From the NCBI GenBank assembly GCA_964373125.1, contig CAYJSN010000001.1, positions 34,130-98,129 on the forward strand: a stretch of DNA of 64,000 nucleotides, in the 5' to 3' direction. This DNA comes from an uncultured Nitrosopumilales archaeon. Its GTDB lineage: Archaea; Thermoproteota; Nitrososphaeria; Nitrososphaerales; UBA213. Positions 44,952 through 53,566 of this stretch are shown here, in pieces. Within the stretch, counting starts at the first letter, position 1. The number at the start of each line of letters is the position of its first letter. Both the position numbers and the translations under genes were made by a program. The notes beneath the pieces were generated by a model, which was not told where the DNA came from, made no database searches, and saw only the letters and a list, made by a program, of their open reading frames with translations.

Positions 44952-46376
44952 CTAGAGCCTGATCTTGCTCCGTTTTGCGTGGATGGCCCTGATCGCGTTG
45001 GCAACGTTCTCGCCCTTGTCGTCGACGATGATCAGTATGCGCGACGTCTCCTCCTGCGCGTCCATGTTGAGTATGTTTATGTCGTTCTCTCCCACGGTGC
45101 TGCTGGCCATCGAGGCTATGTTCGGCACCCTCCACATCTCATCGCCTATCAGCGTGACTACGCCCCTGCCGTAGGCAATACTGGCGTCCTTGTCGTAGGC
45201 CCTTATGTGCCGCTCGTTCCGCTTCACAAAGTCCGCGTCAAGGAAGAGCATCCTCGAGACCTCGGTGTCGTCGGTCGTATAGGGGCTGAGCTGCACAAAG
45301 TCGCCGTACCTCCTGTCCCTGAGCAGTGCCGTGCGCCAGTGCGATGCCGCCACCGCCTCCATCCGCAGGACCGCGCAGTCCTTCTTCCCGGTTACTATCT
45401 TCAGCGGGTTCGAGCCTGATCCAGAGGCTGTGCCCGAGTCCCTGCTGATCAGCGTTACGCTGGCCGGATCGTTCATATTCGTTATGACCAGCGGAATGTT
45501 CAGGTTGTTCTCCTCGATCTCCTTGATCGCCACGGGATCAAGGATCCTCATCCCGAACATTCCCGCAAGCTTGGCCTCGTTGTAGGATAGATGTTTGATA
45601 TACTCTAGACCTTCCTTCACTATCTTTGGGTCAGCGCTCAGCACAGCGCTGTCCTTCTCGAAATCTACCTTGACATCATATTTTTGGTGCAGCAGGATCG
45701 CCAGATCTGCAGCCGTCCTGTCCGAGCCGCCCCGCTCGTAGGTGGTCTCCAGGCCGTCGGTGGTCTTGCCGATGAAGCCGCCCATCGAGACCGTGTTCTT
45801 GGCTTCGAGCTGGTCCGTCAGCGGCTTGCTCATCTTCCTCGATTCCTCGAGCAAAAAGTTCGCGGCCTCGAAGTTGTCGTCGGTCACTATCGGCCACGAT
45901 TCCATCTTTATGTGCGAGGAGTCAATGCTGTTGCTCCTCATCACATAGTCCATCGCATAGGATATCGCCACCTCGCCGCTGTAGGCGAGGACCCTGGCCC
46001 TCGTGACATCGATGAACCGCTTGAACTCGGCCGCCTGCTTGAGTGAGATTATCACCTGCTTGTAGAGTCCCTCCAACAGCGGGAGGAACTCCTTCCTGTA
46101 GGCCTCGGTCATGTACCTGCTTGCTATCTCTTGATATACGTCCCGCAGGACCTCGATGTCGACCGGGTTGTCAACAGCATAGTTGTTGCCTATCTCCAGC
46201 GCTATGTCCGTCAGCGAGCGGGACTTGCCGCCGTAGTCAGCCGGCGGCGCCGAGAACACCGCCACTACCTTGCCCTCGCTCTGCATCTGTTTTATTCGCT
46301 CTATCACCCCGGGTATGCCCGAACCGCCGGTCCCGAGGGTGCTGCCGCCAAACTTTGCCACGGTCAGCTTAGCCAT
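44952..46376 (-). CDS. Aspartate kinase
   Basis: VAKFGGSTLG start, ERGGSDRTAADLA block, C-terminal ACT-like repeats. Confidence 0.85.
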   Translation of the reverse strand: MAKLTVAKFGGSTLGTGGSGIPGVIERIKQMQSEGKVVAVFSAPPADYGGKSRSLTDIALEIGNNYAVDNPVDIEVLRDVYQEIASRYMTEAYRKEFLPLLEGLYKQVIISLKQAAEFKRFIDVTRARVLAYSGEVAISYAMDYVMRSNSIDSSHIKMESWPIVTDDNFEAANFLLEESRKMSKPLTDQLEAKNTVSMGGFIGKTTDGLETTYERGGSDRTAADLAILLHQKYDVKVDFEKDSAVLSADPKIVKEGLEYIKHLSYNEAKLAGMFGMRILDPVAIKEIEENNLNIPLVITNMNDPASVTLISRDSGTASGSGSNPLKIVTGKKDCAVLRMEAVAASHWRTALLRDRRYGDFVQLSPYTTDDTEVSRMLFLDADFVKRNERHIRAYDKDASIAYGRGVVTLIGDEMWRVPNIASMASSTVGENDINILNMDAQEETSRILIIVDDKGENVANAIRAIHAKRSKIRL

Positions 46377-46449
46377 CGTTTACACTCTCCGCGTCCGGTA
46401 ACCGGCTTGCATTTGAAAACGATGATTTCCAACAGCAGACAACCCCCGA

Positions 46450-46833
46450 TCACATCGGAATGAGTTTCACGCGGTCCATCTTCTTGTTGGTCTGGAAGTC
46501 CTTGGTCATGTTCTTGACCTTCTCCGCGTCGCCCCTTAGCAGGAACATCTCCAGGCACTTGTTGTTGTCGATCTTGCTGTGGATGTGCGTGCTTATCAGG
46601 TCGTCGAAGGTGTGCTTGGTCTGTGTTACCTCCTGCTCCGAGTCCTCGTCGTGTATGACCAGCAGGAGCGCGTGAACCGAACCAAGGATGTCCTGCCGCT
46701 CCTTCTCCTCCGAGATCAGGCTCCTTATCCCGGCCCTGACGACCTCGGACCTGCCGGAGAAGCCCAAGGCCTTGATGAGCTTGTCCACTTCGCCGAGCAT
46801 GTCCTCGTTGATGGAGATCGATACTATCGGCAT
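46450..46833 (-). CDS. nikR: NikR-family ribbon-helix-helix metal-responsive regulator
   Basis: N-terminal RHH (VSISINEDMLGEVDKL....GFSGRSEVVRAGIRSL) and a C-terminal ACT-like domain with His residues (HDEDSE, THIHSK). Confidence 0.8.
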   Translation of the reverse strand: MPIVSISINEDMLGEVDKLIKALGFSGRSEVVRAGIRSLISEEKERQDILGSVHALLLVIHDEDSEQEVTQTKHTFDDLISTHIHSKIDNNKCLEMFLLRGDAEKVKNMTKDFQTNKKMDRVKLIPM

Positions 46834-46843
46834 TCGAGCGTAG

Positions 46844-46883
46844 TTAATAACTATGTTATATATAGTTGTGCTTTTGTTATTAA
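46844..46883. promoter_or_regulatory. Nested imperfect palindrome in the nikR / ZIP divergent promoter
   Basis: TTAATAACTAT (46844-54) ... ATAGTT (46862-67) ... GTTATTAA (46876-83), flanked by TATA-like tracts. Confidence 0.4.
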
Positions 46884-46920
46884 TAAAACTATATAAAGAT
46901 ATTAACTGATAATAATACTC

Positions 46921-47619
46921 ATGTCGCTTTTACTAATCGCCGCGGCCGTCGCTGCAGCCGATGTAGCGGCCGGTTTGATCTTTGCCAATACTAGATTAGC
47001 CGGTCTGTTCAGCACTAGGTACACGCTTGCCTTCGCTGCCGGCGCGATGCTGACGCTGGCTTTCGTAGAGCTGATCCCGGAGGCGCACCTGGCAGTAAAC
47101 GCGTGGTACCTCCTGCTGGGGCTCGGAATCTTCTTCCTGATCGACAAGGTCATCACTCCTAGGCTGGAGAAGGAGAAGTACGCGATGGCGCGCACCGGCA
47201 TGGGGCTCGGCTCCGTCATCGGCATGGCGTCCGACAACGTAACCGATGGCATCGCGATCGCGGTCGGGTTCATGCTCAGGCCGGAGCTGGGGATACTTAT
47301 GACGCTGGTCGTGGTGCTGCACGAGATCCCGCAGGGGATAACCTCGGCGGCGATAATGAAGAGCATGCGCTTCAGCCTGCGGACGATAGTCACGGTGCTG
47401 GCTGCGGCGGGAGCGATGTATGTGCTGGGCATATCGTTATCCAGCATGATACCGCCGGAGTTCTTCAGCATAATGCTCGCCTTCGTGGCCGGCAGCTTCA
47501 TCTACGCGGGTTCGAGGTTCCTTACGGCGCACGTGCGCAGCATGAACTTCAGGTTCATATCGACTGTGCTGATGGGCGCGGCGATGATGTACGCGCTGGA
47601 ATCGATCATAGTGCGCTAG
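46921..47619 (+). CDS. ZIP-family divalent metal transporter (ZupT-like)
   Basis: VLHEIPQGITSAAIM and DNVTDGIAIAVGF motifs; multiple TMs. Confidence 0.85.
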   Translation: MSLLLIAAAVAAADVAAGLIFANTRLAGLFSTRYTLAFAAGAMLTLAFVELIPEAHLAVNAWYLLLGLGIFFLIDKVITPRLEKEKYAMARTGMGLGSVIGMASDNVTDGIAIAVGFMLRPELGILMTLVVVLHEIPQGITSAAIMKSMRFSLRTIVTVLAAAGAMYVLGISLSSMIPPEFFSIMLAFVAGSFIYAGSRFLTAHVRSMNFRFISTVLMGAAMMYALESIIVR

Positions 47620-48036
47620 TTACATCTTTCGAATCATCCTTTGAGCAGCTGGCCAGTTAACGGTAGTCGGCTCATCATTTACTCGAAAGCATGCGATGGC
47701 GCGTGCCTGTGCGGGAGGCTCTAGGGGGGTATAATAAGGGTGTAAAATTTACAATTCTGTAAACGTTTACGCCAATAATATTGTTCATGCGTGTGGTATA
47801 CAGCAGTAATTGGACAATGAACCGGCAAAATCGCTAAAACTTTATTAGAATGATTGCCGTATTTTATTGCCAGAAAGATTCCAGATAGAGATTGCGGGAC
47901 GGCAATCGTAGAACATGTTTGAAGGGAAGAGGCCAAGGCAAAAAGCCGACCCTTCTTTTTGTTTTGTCATGACAGATGATTGTTTATCCTGCGGCGGGGT
48001 CAAAGACTTAAATCGCTTCTCCAGTGTGAAGTTTCG

Positions 48037-48110
48037 GGGTGCGTCGTCTAGTTGGTTAGGATACCTGCCTTACACGCAGGTGGTCGTCGGTTCGAGTCCG
48101 ACCGCACCCA
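48037..48110 (+). tRNA. tRNA-Val(UAC), uninterrupted
   Basis: GGGTGCG/CGCACCC acceptor, D stem GTCT/GGAT, anticodon arm CCTGC-CTTACAC-GCAGG (48071-48073), T arm GTCGG-TTCGAGT-CCGAC. Confidence 0.9.
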
Positions 48111-48269
48111 TACAAACAGTTAGTTCGAGTTCTAATACAACACCCCCTCTTCTCCATTAGGAGAGCCTTTTTATTTCTTCTAAATGATATGCTAATTCGA
48201 AGGGATTTATAGAGCGCCCGCGGAAAAAGATAACATCAAGTTAATCTTACTAGGATATTTTTGATAGAC

Positions 48270-49376
48270 CTAAATCCTAGATAGTAGTTCTTTCTTCTTT
48301 GCCTCAAACTCTTCGTTAGTAATAATACCAGAATCACGTAGGTCTGCAAGTTTCTTCAACTGACCAAAGACATCTTCTTTGGTGTAGGCTTTCTTCATTT
48401 CTGGTTGAACCTTTGATGCCACTGCTTCTTTGTTATCCAAAGCTTCTGATCCTTCTAGTTTATGTAACCATCCCTCAATAACTTTCAGATCTGCTTCCCT
48501 CAACGTTCTGCCGGCTTCCAAATCTGACTTCATAGCTAAGAGAAAGTCCCTATCTCCATATCCAATACGAAGCAGGTCATCAACAGCATTGATGGATGTA
48601 GTTCTGATCGCTTCAAGCTTCTTCTTAGTTTCACGTTCCTTTGCCTCTTCTTCTTTCTGATGCTCTAGGCTCATAATTAGTGTGTTGATTTGTTCGCGGA
48701 GTTGCTGAAGACCTTCATCATCAGCCATCATTCCCTTCATTACCTTCTCTTCGTAATGCTTTAGCCTCTGTCTAAACATCTCAATCTCCTGACTTGGAGT
48801 TGGCTTTGTCTGCTTCTTCACAGAGATTATCACCCTACGTAAACCATGAGGATCACGAATATCAGGTAACTCCAACGCTATCTGTCCATGTGACATTATG
48901 CTGATATCACCCACTTGTTGGCTAGTACCCCAAGACTGTCCGCCATACGAACCAACACCAAACCCGCGCGTCCCCGTAAACATACCAGCGTGGTAGCTAT
49001 CACGCTCACTTTTTACATGTACTACAACAACATCATCTATTTCATACAACATCATATCATCGGTCGCATAAGTATCAGAAGAGCAATTTATCAAACGAAA
49101 GTTTGTAAGGATAATTTCAACTTCACCCTTCTTACTACCTCCCCAAAGCTTCGCAGGCCATTTACCGCGCATAATTACCTGTTCGCCATCAACCAAGGTC
49201 GCGCTGGAGAACTCAAAAACCGCATCAATTTTTTTCTTGTTCTGCTCAGGCTTCTGTTGGTTCATCCTTTGTTCATAATGCTCTTTACAAAACACTAGCC
49301 CGTCTATCTTACCTTTGAAATCAGTCCAGCCCAGCTTCTTACCACAGGAGACACAATTAGCCAACGCTTTCTCCAA
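48270..49376 (-). CDS. Zinc-ribbon / PH-like / coiled-coil protein ending in a SHOCT domain
   Basis: N-terminal CVSCGKK..FCKEHY, middle beta-rich region, Glu/Lys coiled coil, C-terminal LKKLADLRDSGIITNEEFEAKKKELL (SHOCT-type). The gene is AT-rich. Confidence 0.65.
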   Translation of the reverse strand: MEKALANCVSCGKKLGWTDFKGKIDGLVFCKEHYEQRMNQQKPEQNKKKIDAVFEFSSATLVDGEQVIMRGKWPAKLWGGSKKGEVEIILTNFRLINCSSDTYATDDMMLYEIDDVVVVHVKSERDSYHAGMFTGTRGFGVGSYGGQSWGTSQQVGDISIMSHGQIALELPDIRDPHGLRRVIISVKKQTKPTPSQEIEMFRQRLKHYEEKVMKGMMADDEGLQQLREQINTLIMSLEHQKEEEAKERETKKKLEAIRTTSINAVDDLLRIGYGDRDFLLAMKSDLEAGRTLREADLKVIEGWLHKLEGSEALDNKEAVASKVQPEMKKAYTKEDVFGQLKKLADLRDSGIITNEEFEAKKKELLSRI

Positions 49377-49564
49377 AGCATTATCTTATCAAAAAAGATA
49401 AACTTTGCGAAGCCCTTCGGGTTCATTGATAGGATAGTTCTCTTAAGCAAGTACCTTCCTCATATGGATAATGTCAGGGCTGCAAACACGAGGAGCGTCA
49501 ACCTTGATCATTGCAACAGTGCGATCATGTTTAAATAAGTTAGGCTAACCTAATTAGGAGCACT

Positions 49565-50014
49565 TTGATGAATAAAATGTTCGCAAAAAACAAGAATATT
49601 GCATACGTGATAGCTGCAACGGTAGCCGTACTTGCGGTTGTCAGCGCCGTTATCTTCGCCAACAGTGTGGAGGCAAAGTACGCTGGCACGACAAGAGAGT
49701 TCCACATCTTCAGCGTCGTCGACGAAAACATCGACGAAGAGAAACTGGGAATCCCGCCGGACCAGTTCTCGCAAACTCAGATCACTGTCAGGAAGGGCGA
49801 CACGGTAAAGATCCACTTCTACAACCTGGAACCGGTGGAGACGCAGGAAGTTCACTCCTTCACGATCCCTGACGGGCCGTACAAGATGGATCATAAGGTA
49901 AATGCTGGCGACCATCTAGTCATCGAGTTCGTGGCCGACCAGAGGGGCATCTGGGAGTACATGTGCACCGAACATCAACCAACTATGAGAGGACAGCTTG
50001 TCGTCTGGCCGTAA
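49565..50014 (+). CDS. Membrane-anchored plastocyanin-like blue copper protein
   Basis: N-terminal TM; ligands HSFTI ... YMCTEHQPTM. Confidence 0.8.
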   Translation: MMNKMFAKNKNIAYVIAATVAVLAVVSAVIFANSVEAKYAGTTREFHIFSVVDENIDEEKLGIPPDQFSQTQITVRKGDTVKIHFYNLEPVETQEVHSFTIPDGPYKMDHKVNAGDHLVIEFVADQRGIWEYMCTEHQPTMRGQLVVWP

Positions 50015-50084
50015 TAAATTCAAGACATCGACTCGGTGCTGTAACTTCGGAACTGAACAAAAAATAAGGGGTTGTTACGGCAGA

Positions 50085-50630
50085 TTATTCCTTGTCTGCT
50101 CCGTACACCGGCACCGCTTCTTGCTGTGTATCTTCGTCCTCCTTTTCATCGCGTTTCTGGCTTGGCAGGTAGTCCGCATCCGAGAACATCGCTATGCTGT
50201 CGATCGCCTGGGCCGCCATGAACTTGCTTATCGAGGATGTCTTCTGCACGATCTTCGCGACCCTCTGGAACTCCCTGCTCACCGAATCCAACACTCTTAG
50301 AGATTCGAGTCCCTTCGAGGTGATGACGTACCGGCTGCTTGCCGCGATCTGGACCAGGCCTTCGTTCTGCAGCTTGGACAGCACCACCGGCACTAGCTTG
50401 GGAGGGAGGATGGCACTCCTGCACTGCTTCACAGCATCGGATATCTCGGCCGCGCTCATGCCCCGCGACTTCAGCATATGCAGTATGTGCCGCTGTAACA
50501 TCGTCCGAACCATGCTCCGCTTGCTGTACCGTATCAGCAACATCGCCAGTATCAGGGATACCGTGGCTCCGAGCAGCGTCAGCAGGAACCGTTGCATGTC
50601 CATGTTATGCTCATTGATGCCGGCTATCAT
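50085..50630 (-). CDS. Membrane-anchored winged-helix (MarR/ArsR-like) protein
   Basis: One TM, then HILHMLKSRGMSAAEISDAV......VLSKLQNEGLV wHTH pattern. Confidence 0.5.
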   Translation of the reverse strand: MIAGINEHNMDMQRFLLTLLGATVSLILAMLLIRYSKRSMVRTMLQRHILHMLKSRGMSAAEISDAVKQCRSAILPPKLVPVVLSKLQNEGLVQIAASSRYVITSKGLESLRVLDSVSREFQRVAKIVQKTSSISKFMAAQAIDSIAMFSDADYLPSQKRDEKEDEDTQQEAVPVYGADKE

Positions 50631-50809
50631 AAGGAACCTCGCGGGGCGGGCGTTTCACGCGAAGATGAACATCCGTGTCAGAGCCCGATGGATAATTTGT
50701 CCATGGGGTGAGGGGTGCGGCGGGCGGGATTTCCCTGCCGATTAGTTGACCGGCTGGTTAAACTGCCGAACATCCAATATTTTATTATACGTCAGGACGA
50801 ATCTATCCT

Positions 50810-51349
50810 ATGGCAACCGCGTGCGCGTACTGCGAGAAGGTGGAGCCCTTCCCCTACCAGTGTGCGCTATGCTCCAAGCACTTCTGCTCCGCGCACAGGG
50901 AGCCGCGGTCGCACGAGTGCGCGATGTACGACGACTCTTCAGAGAAGGACAGCCTCAGCGAGGTGAGGCAAGAAAGCATTGCCGCGCAGGCGGGCCTGCC
51001 CTACTCGATCCTGGCCCATAAGGACCCCCACTTCTTTGCGGGGAACCTGAGCCATGCCGTGATCGCGATGGACCTGAAGAAGGCCGGCTGGACCCTCAGA
51101 CTGCAGAAAGGCGAGGGAAATGTGAAGGATATACTCGCAGACAAGGACCAAGAAAGATGGTACATCAGGGTGAAGACATCAGACGCCAGGCTGGTCGATG
51201 CCCTGCACGATATCCCGATGACCGAGGAAGAGATGAAGGACTTGGAGGCGAAATCCCAGCAGGAGAACGCCCAGCCCGTGATCGCGATCGTGGCCTCTGA
51301 CAGCGCCGCGGTGATCTCGGCCAAGACGTTCATGGCGCTCAACCCGTAG
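50810..51349 (+). CDS. AN1-type zinc finger fused to a PD-(D/E)xK-like (Hjc/endonuclease-like) domain
   Basis: CAYCEKVEPFPYQCALCSKHFCSAHREPRSHEC fits the AN1 spacing exactly. C-terminal ..AMDLKKAGWTL....DILADKDQERWYIRVKT resembles a restriction-endonuclease-like core. Confidence 0.65.
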   Translation: MATACAYCEKVEPFPYQCALCSKHFCSAHREPRSHECAMYDDSSEKDSLSEVRQESIAAQAGLPYSILAHKDPHFFAGNLSHAVIAMDLKKAGWTLRLQKGEGNVKDILADKDQERWYIRVKTSDARLVDALHDIPMTEEEMKDLEAKSQQENAQPVIAIVASDSAAVISAKTFMALNP

Positions 51350-51381
51350 GCCATGCACAATAGTAAAATAACTGGAGTGCG

Positions 51382-51693
51382 GTGCCGTACAGCATGGATC
51401 CGAAGCTGCAGAAGATCATGGAGACAAAGATCGACGAGGTGATCCGCGGCTCGCACGAGATCCTCGCGATAACAGGGTCGCTCCAGAGCCTGATCGACAA
51501 AGACAACGAGGGGGAGATCGCGTTTGGCATAGCTCTTGGAAGGGTGTACAACGCGTTTCACTACCAGACTAGGCGGGTCCTGAAACGCAACGCCACCGAC
51601 GATGAGTTCAGGGAGCTGGTTGCCATGCTCTCAAAAAGGGCCGGAGAGATCAGGAAGTCCCTGCAACCAGAGAAATCGGTTCGCCTCCAGTGA
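51382..51693 (+). CDS. Hypothetical helical protein
   Basis: 103-aa ORF 32 nt downstream of the AN1 gene. Confidence 0.4.
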   Translation: MPYSMDPKLQKIMETKIDEVIRGSHEILAITGSLQSLIDKDNEGEIAFGIALGRVYNAFHYQTRRVLKRNATDDEFRELVAMLSKRAGEIRKSLQPEKSVRLQ

Positions 51694-51808
51694 GCATGAT
51701 ACTGCATGAAAAGCGATCTGAAAATTAGTCCGTGCTGTCCGCATAGGTATTTATGTGAATTACGACTGATGATCATCTCCGATTTCTAGGTGTACAAGGT
51801 GCGTTGAG

Positions 51809-52627
51809 TTGGGAGAAAAGAAGCTGAAAGAAGAGAAAAAAGAACCAGAGAAGAAAGTCTTTGACAAATCCATGCCTGAGGAGATCATGAAGTACCTGCT
51901 GAGCGAAGCCTCGTCCGAGCGCGTGGTCGATACACAGACCTATGTTGCAGAGACCCAGGCGAGGGTCTGGAAGGCCCTGAAGAAGGGGCTCCAGTTCGAG
52001 ACCACGCTTGAAAGGTCGGACGATTTTCTCCGCAAGCACGTGAACTCCAAGCTCAAGCTGATCGTGCTGTATGCGGATCTCGTAGATTCCACCAGGATGA
52101 GCAGGATGCTCCCGGTGGACCGGCTCGCCACGATCGTGCAGACGTTCACGCAGGAGATGTCCTTCGCGATATCGAACTTCAACGGATACGTGCTGAAGTA
52201 TGTCGGCGACGCGGTGATAGCCTACTTCCCGGCGGAGGAAAACCTCTACCTCACATGCGACACCACGATCGAGTGCGCCAAGTCCATGATAGCAATCCTG
52301 GACCAGGGAGTAAACCCGGTGCTGAGCCAGTACGACTATCCCGAGCTGCGGATGAAGATAGGAATCGATGCGGGCGAGCACTCGGTGATCAGCTACGGAA
52401 GCGCAGAAAAGTCGCACGTGGATATTCTAGGTTATGGCATAAGCATGGCTGCCAAGATAACCACGCTGGCCGAGCCGAACCAGATACTTGCGAGCCAGTC
52501 GGTATACAACGGCGTCCACCCTTCGATGCGAAAACGGTTTTCTGAGCTTAGCTTGGATCCAAAGATCTGGAACTACACCGACGAGATAACGGGCGAGATC
52601 TACCGCCTCTACGCCTACAATGCATAG
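51809..52627 (+). CDS. Class III nucleotidyl (adenylate/guanylate) cyclase-domain protein
   Basis: VLYADLVDSTRMS, LKYVGDAVIAYF, KIGIDAGE..ISYG, DILGYGISMAAKITTLAEPNQILASQSVY. TTG start uncertain. Confidence 0.7.
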   Translation: MGEKKLKEEKKEPEKKVFDKSMPEEIMKYLLSEASSERVVDTQTYVAETQARVWKALKKGLQFETTLERSDDFLRKHVNSKLKLIVLYADLVDSTRMSRMLPVDRLATIVQTFTQEMSFAISNFNGYVLKYVGDAVIAYFPAEENLYLTCDTTIECAKSMIAILDQGVNPVLSQYDYPELRMKIGIDAGEHSVISYGSAEKSHVDILGYGISMAAKITTLAEPNQILASQSVYNGVHPSMRKRFSELSLDPKIWNYTDEITGEIYRLYAYNA

Positions 52628-52659
52628 ATATAAGTACGCAGGGATGGCATAGGAGAAAT

Positions 52660-53505
52660 ATGGGCAGGATGGGGTCAAACCTTTTATCATTTTGTATCCT
52701 CGCCTCGCTCCTAGCCATTGTGCCGCTGACACAGGCACACGCCGTCACACAGGTCCTGAAGATAAACGAGGTCGAGATGAACCCGCTCGGAGAGGTTTCA
52801 GAAAACCAGTGGATCGAGCTCTACAACCAGGGCGACGAGATCCTGAACATAGGCGGCTGGCTGGTAAAGAGCACCAAGCTCGCCAAAACATTCTCAATAC
52901 CGGACGGATTTGTCGTCCTGCCGCGCGATTACCTGGTCGTGCCATTCCACAGCGTCATGCTGGACATACAGAACGAATCGATAGTGCTCCTCACTCAGGA
53001 GTCGGTGGAGGTCGACAGGACTCCCACGATATCAGACACCCTCGATGATGACCGCACCTGGCAGCGCTTCCCCAACGGCCTGGACACCGGCGCCGATACC
53101 GACTGGGCGTTCAGAAACATGACCATCGGACAAAGCAACGGCGCTCCGGAAAGGAAGGAGAACTTCACACTCTCAGCGCCGCTGTTTGTTGACCAGGCGG
53201 GCAACAAGGTCGAGGGATTCACAGCGGGGCAGATGGCCGGCGTCAAGTCCGAAATTATAAACACGTCAGCAGAGGAGCGCACGTTCACCTACATCGTGAA
53301 GATAACTGACGAGGAGGGCTTCACGGTCTTCCTCAGCTGGGTCGAGGATCTCATAGTGCTTCCGAACAGAACGATCAAGCCGTCGATCTTCTGGTTCGTG
53401 GAGGACAAGGGCAGTTATCTGGTGGAGATCTTTGTGTGGCGGAGCCTTAACATCCCGGACGTCCTGACGCGGGCGCAGTCAAACATTCTAAGGGTAGCTG
53501 GCTAG
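52660..53505 (+). CDS. Secreted lamin-tail-domain (LTD) protein with Ig-like C-terminal domain
   Basis: Signal peptide; INEVEMNP...WIELYN..DE..NIGGW LTD hallmark. Confidence 0.65.
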   Translation: MGRMGSNLLSFCILASLLAIVPLTQAHAVTQVLKINEVEMNPLGEVSENQWIELYNQGDEILNIGGWLVKSTKLAKTFSIPDGFVVLPRDYLVVPFHSVMLDIQNESIVLLTQESVEVDRTPTISDTLDDDRTWQRFPNGLDTGADTDWAFRNMTIGQSNGAPERKENFTLSAPLFVDQAGNKVEGFTAGQMAGVKSEIINTSAEERTFTYIVKITDEEGFTVFLSWVEDLIVLPNRTIKPSIFWFVEDKGSYLVEIFVWRSLNIPDVLTRAQSNILRVAG

Positions 53506-53566
53506 CTGGCCCGCGCTGGAGCATAATTTATTAACTCTGCCAATCCAGTCTTTGGGGTAGTGTGAG

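Noticed and set aside
47915-48160. 81-aa ORF.
   Set aside because: It runs through tRNA-Val (48037-48110); the tRNA explains the sequence.
51809-53505. Cyclase plus downstream gene as a Pycsar/CBASS-like cyclic-nucleotide defence pair.
   Set aside because: The downstream protein is a secreted lamin-tail-domain/Ig-like protein. It has no cNMP-binding, TIR, TM-effector or nuclease module, so no effector is evident.
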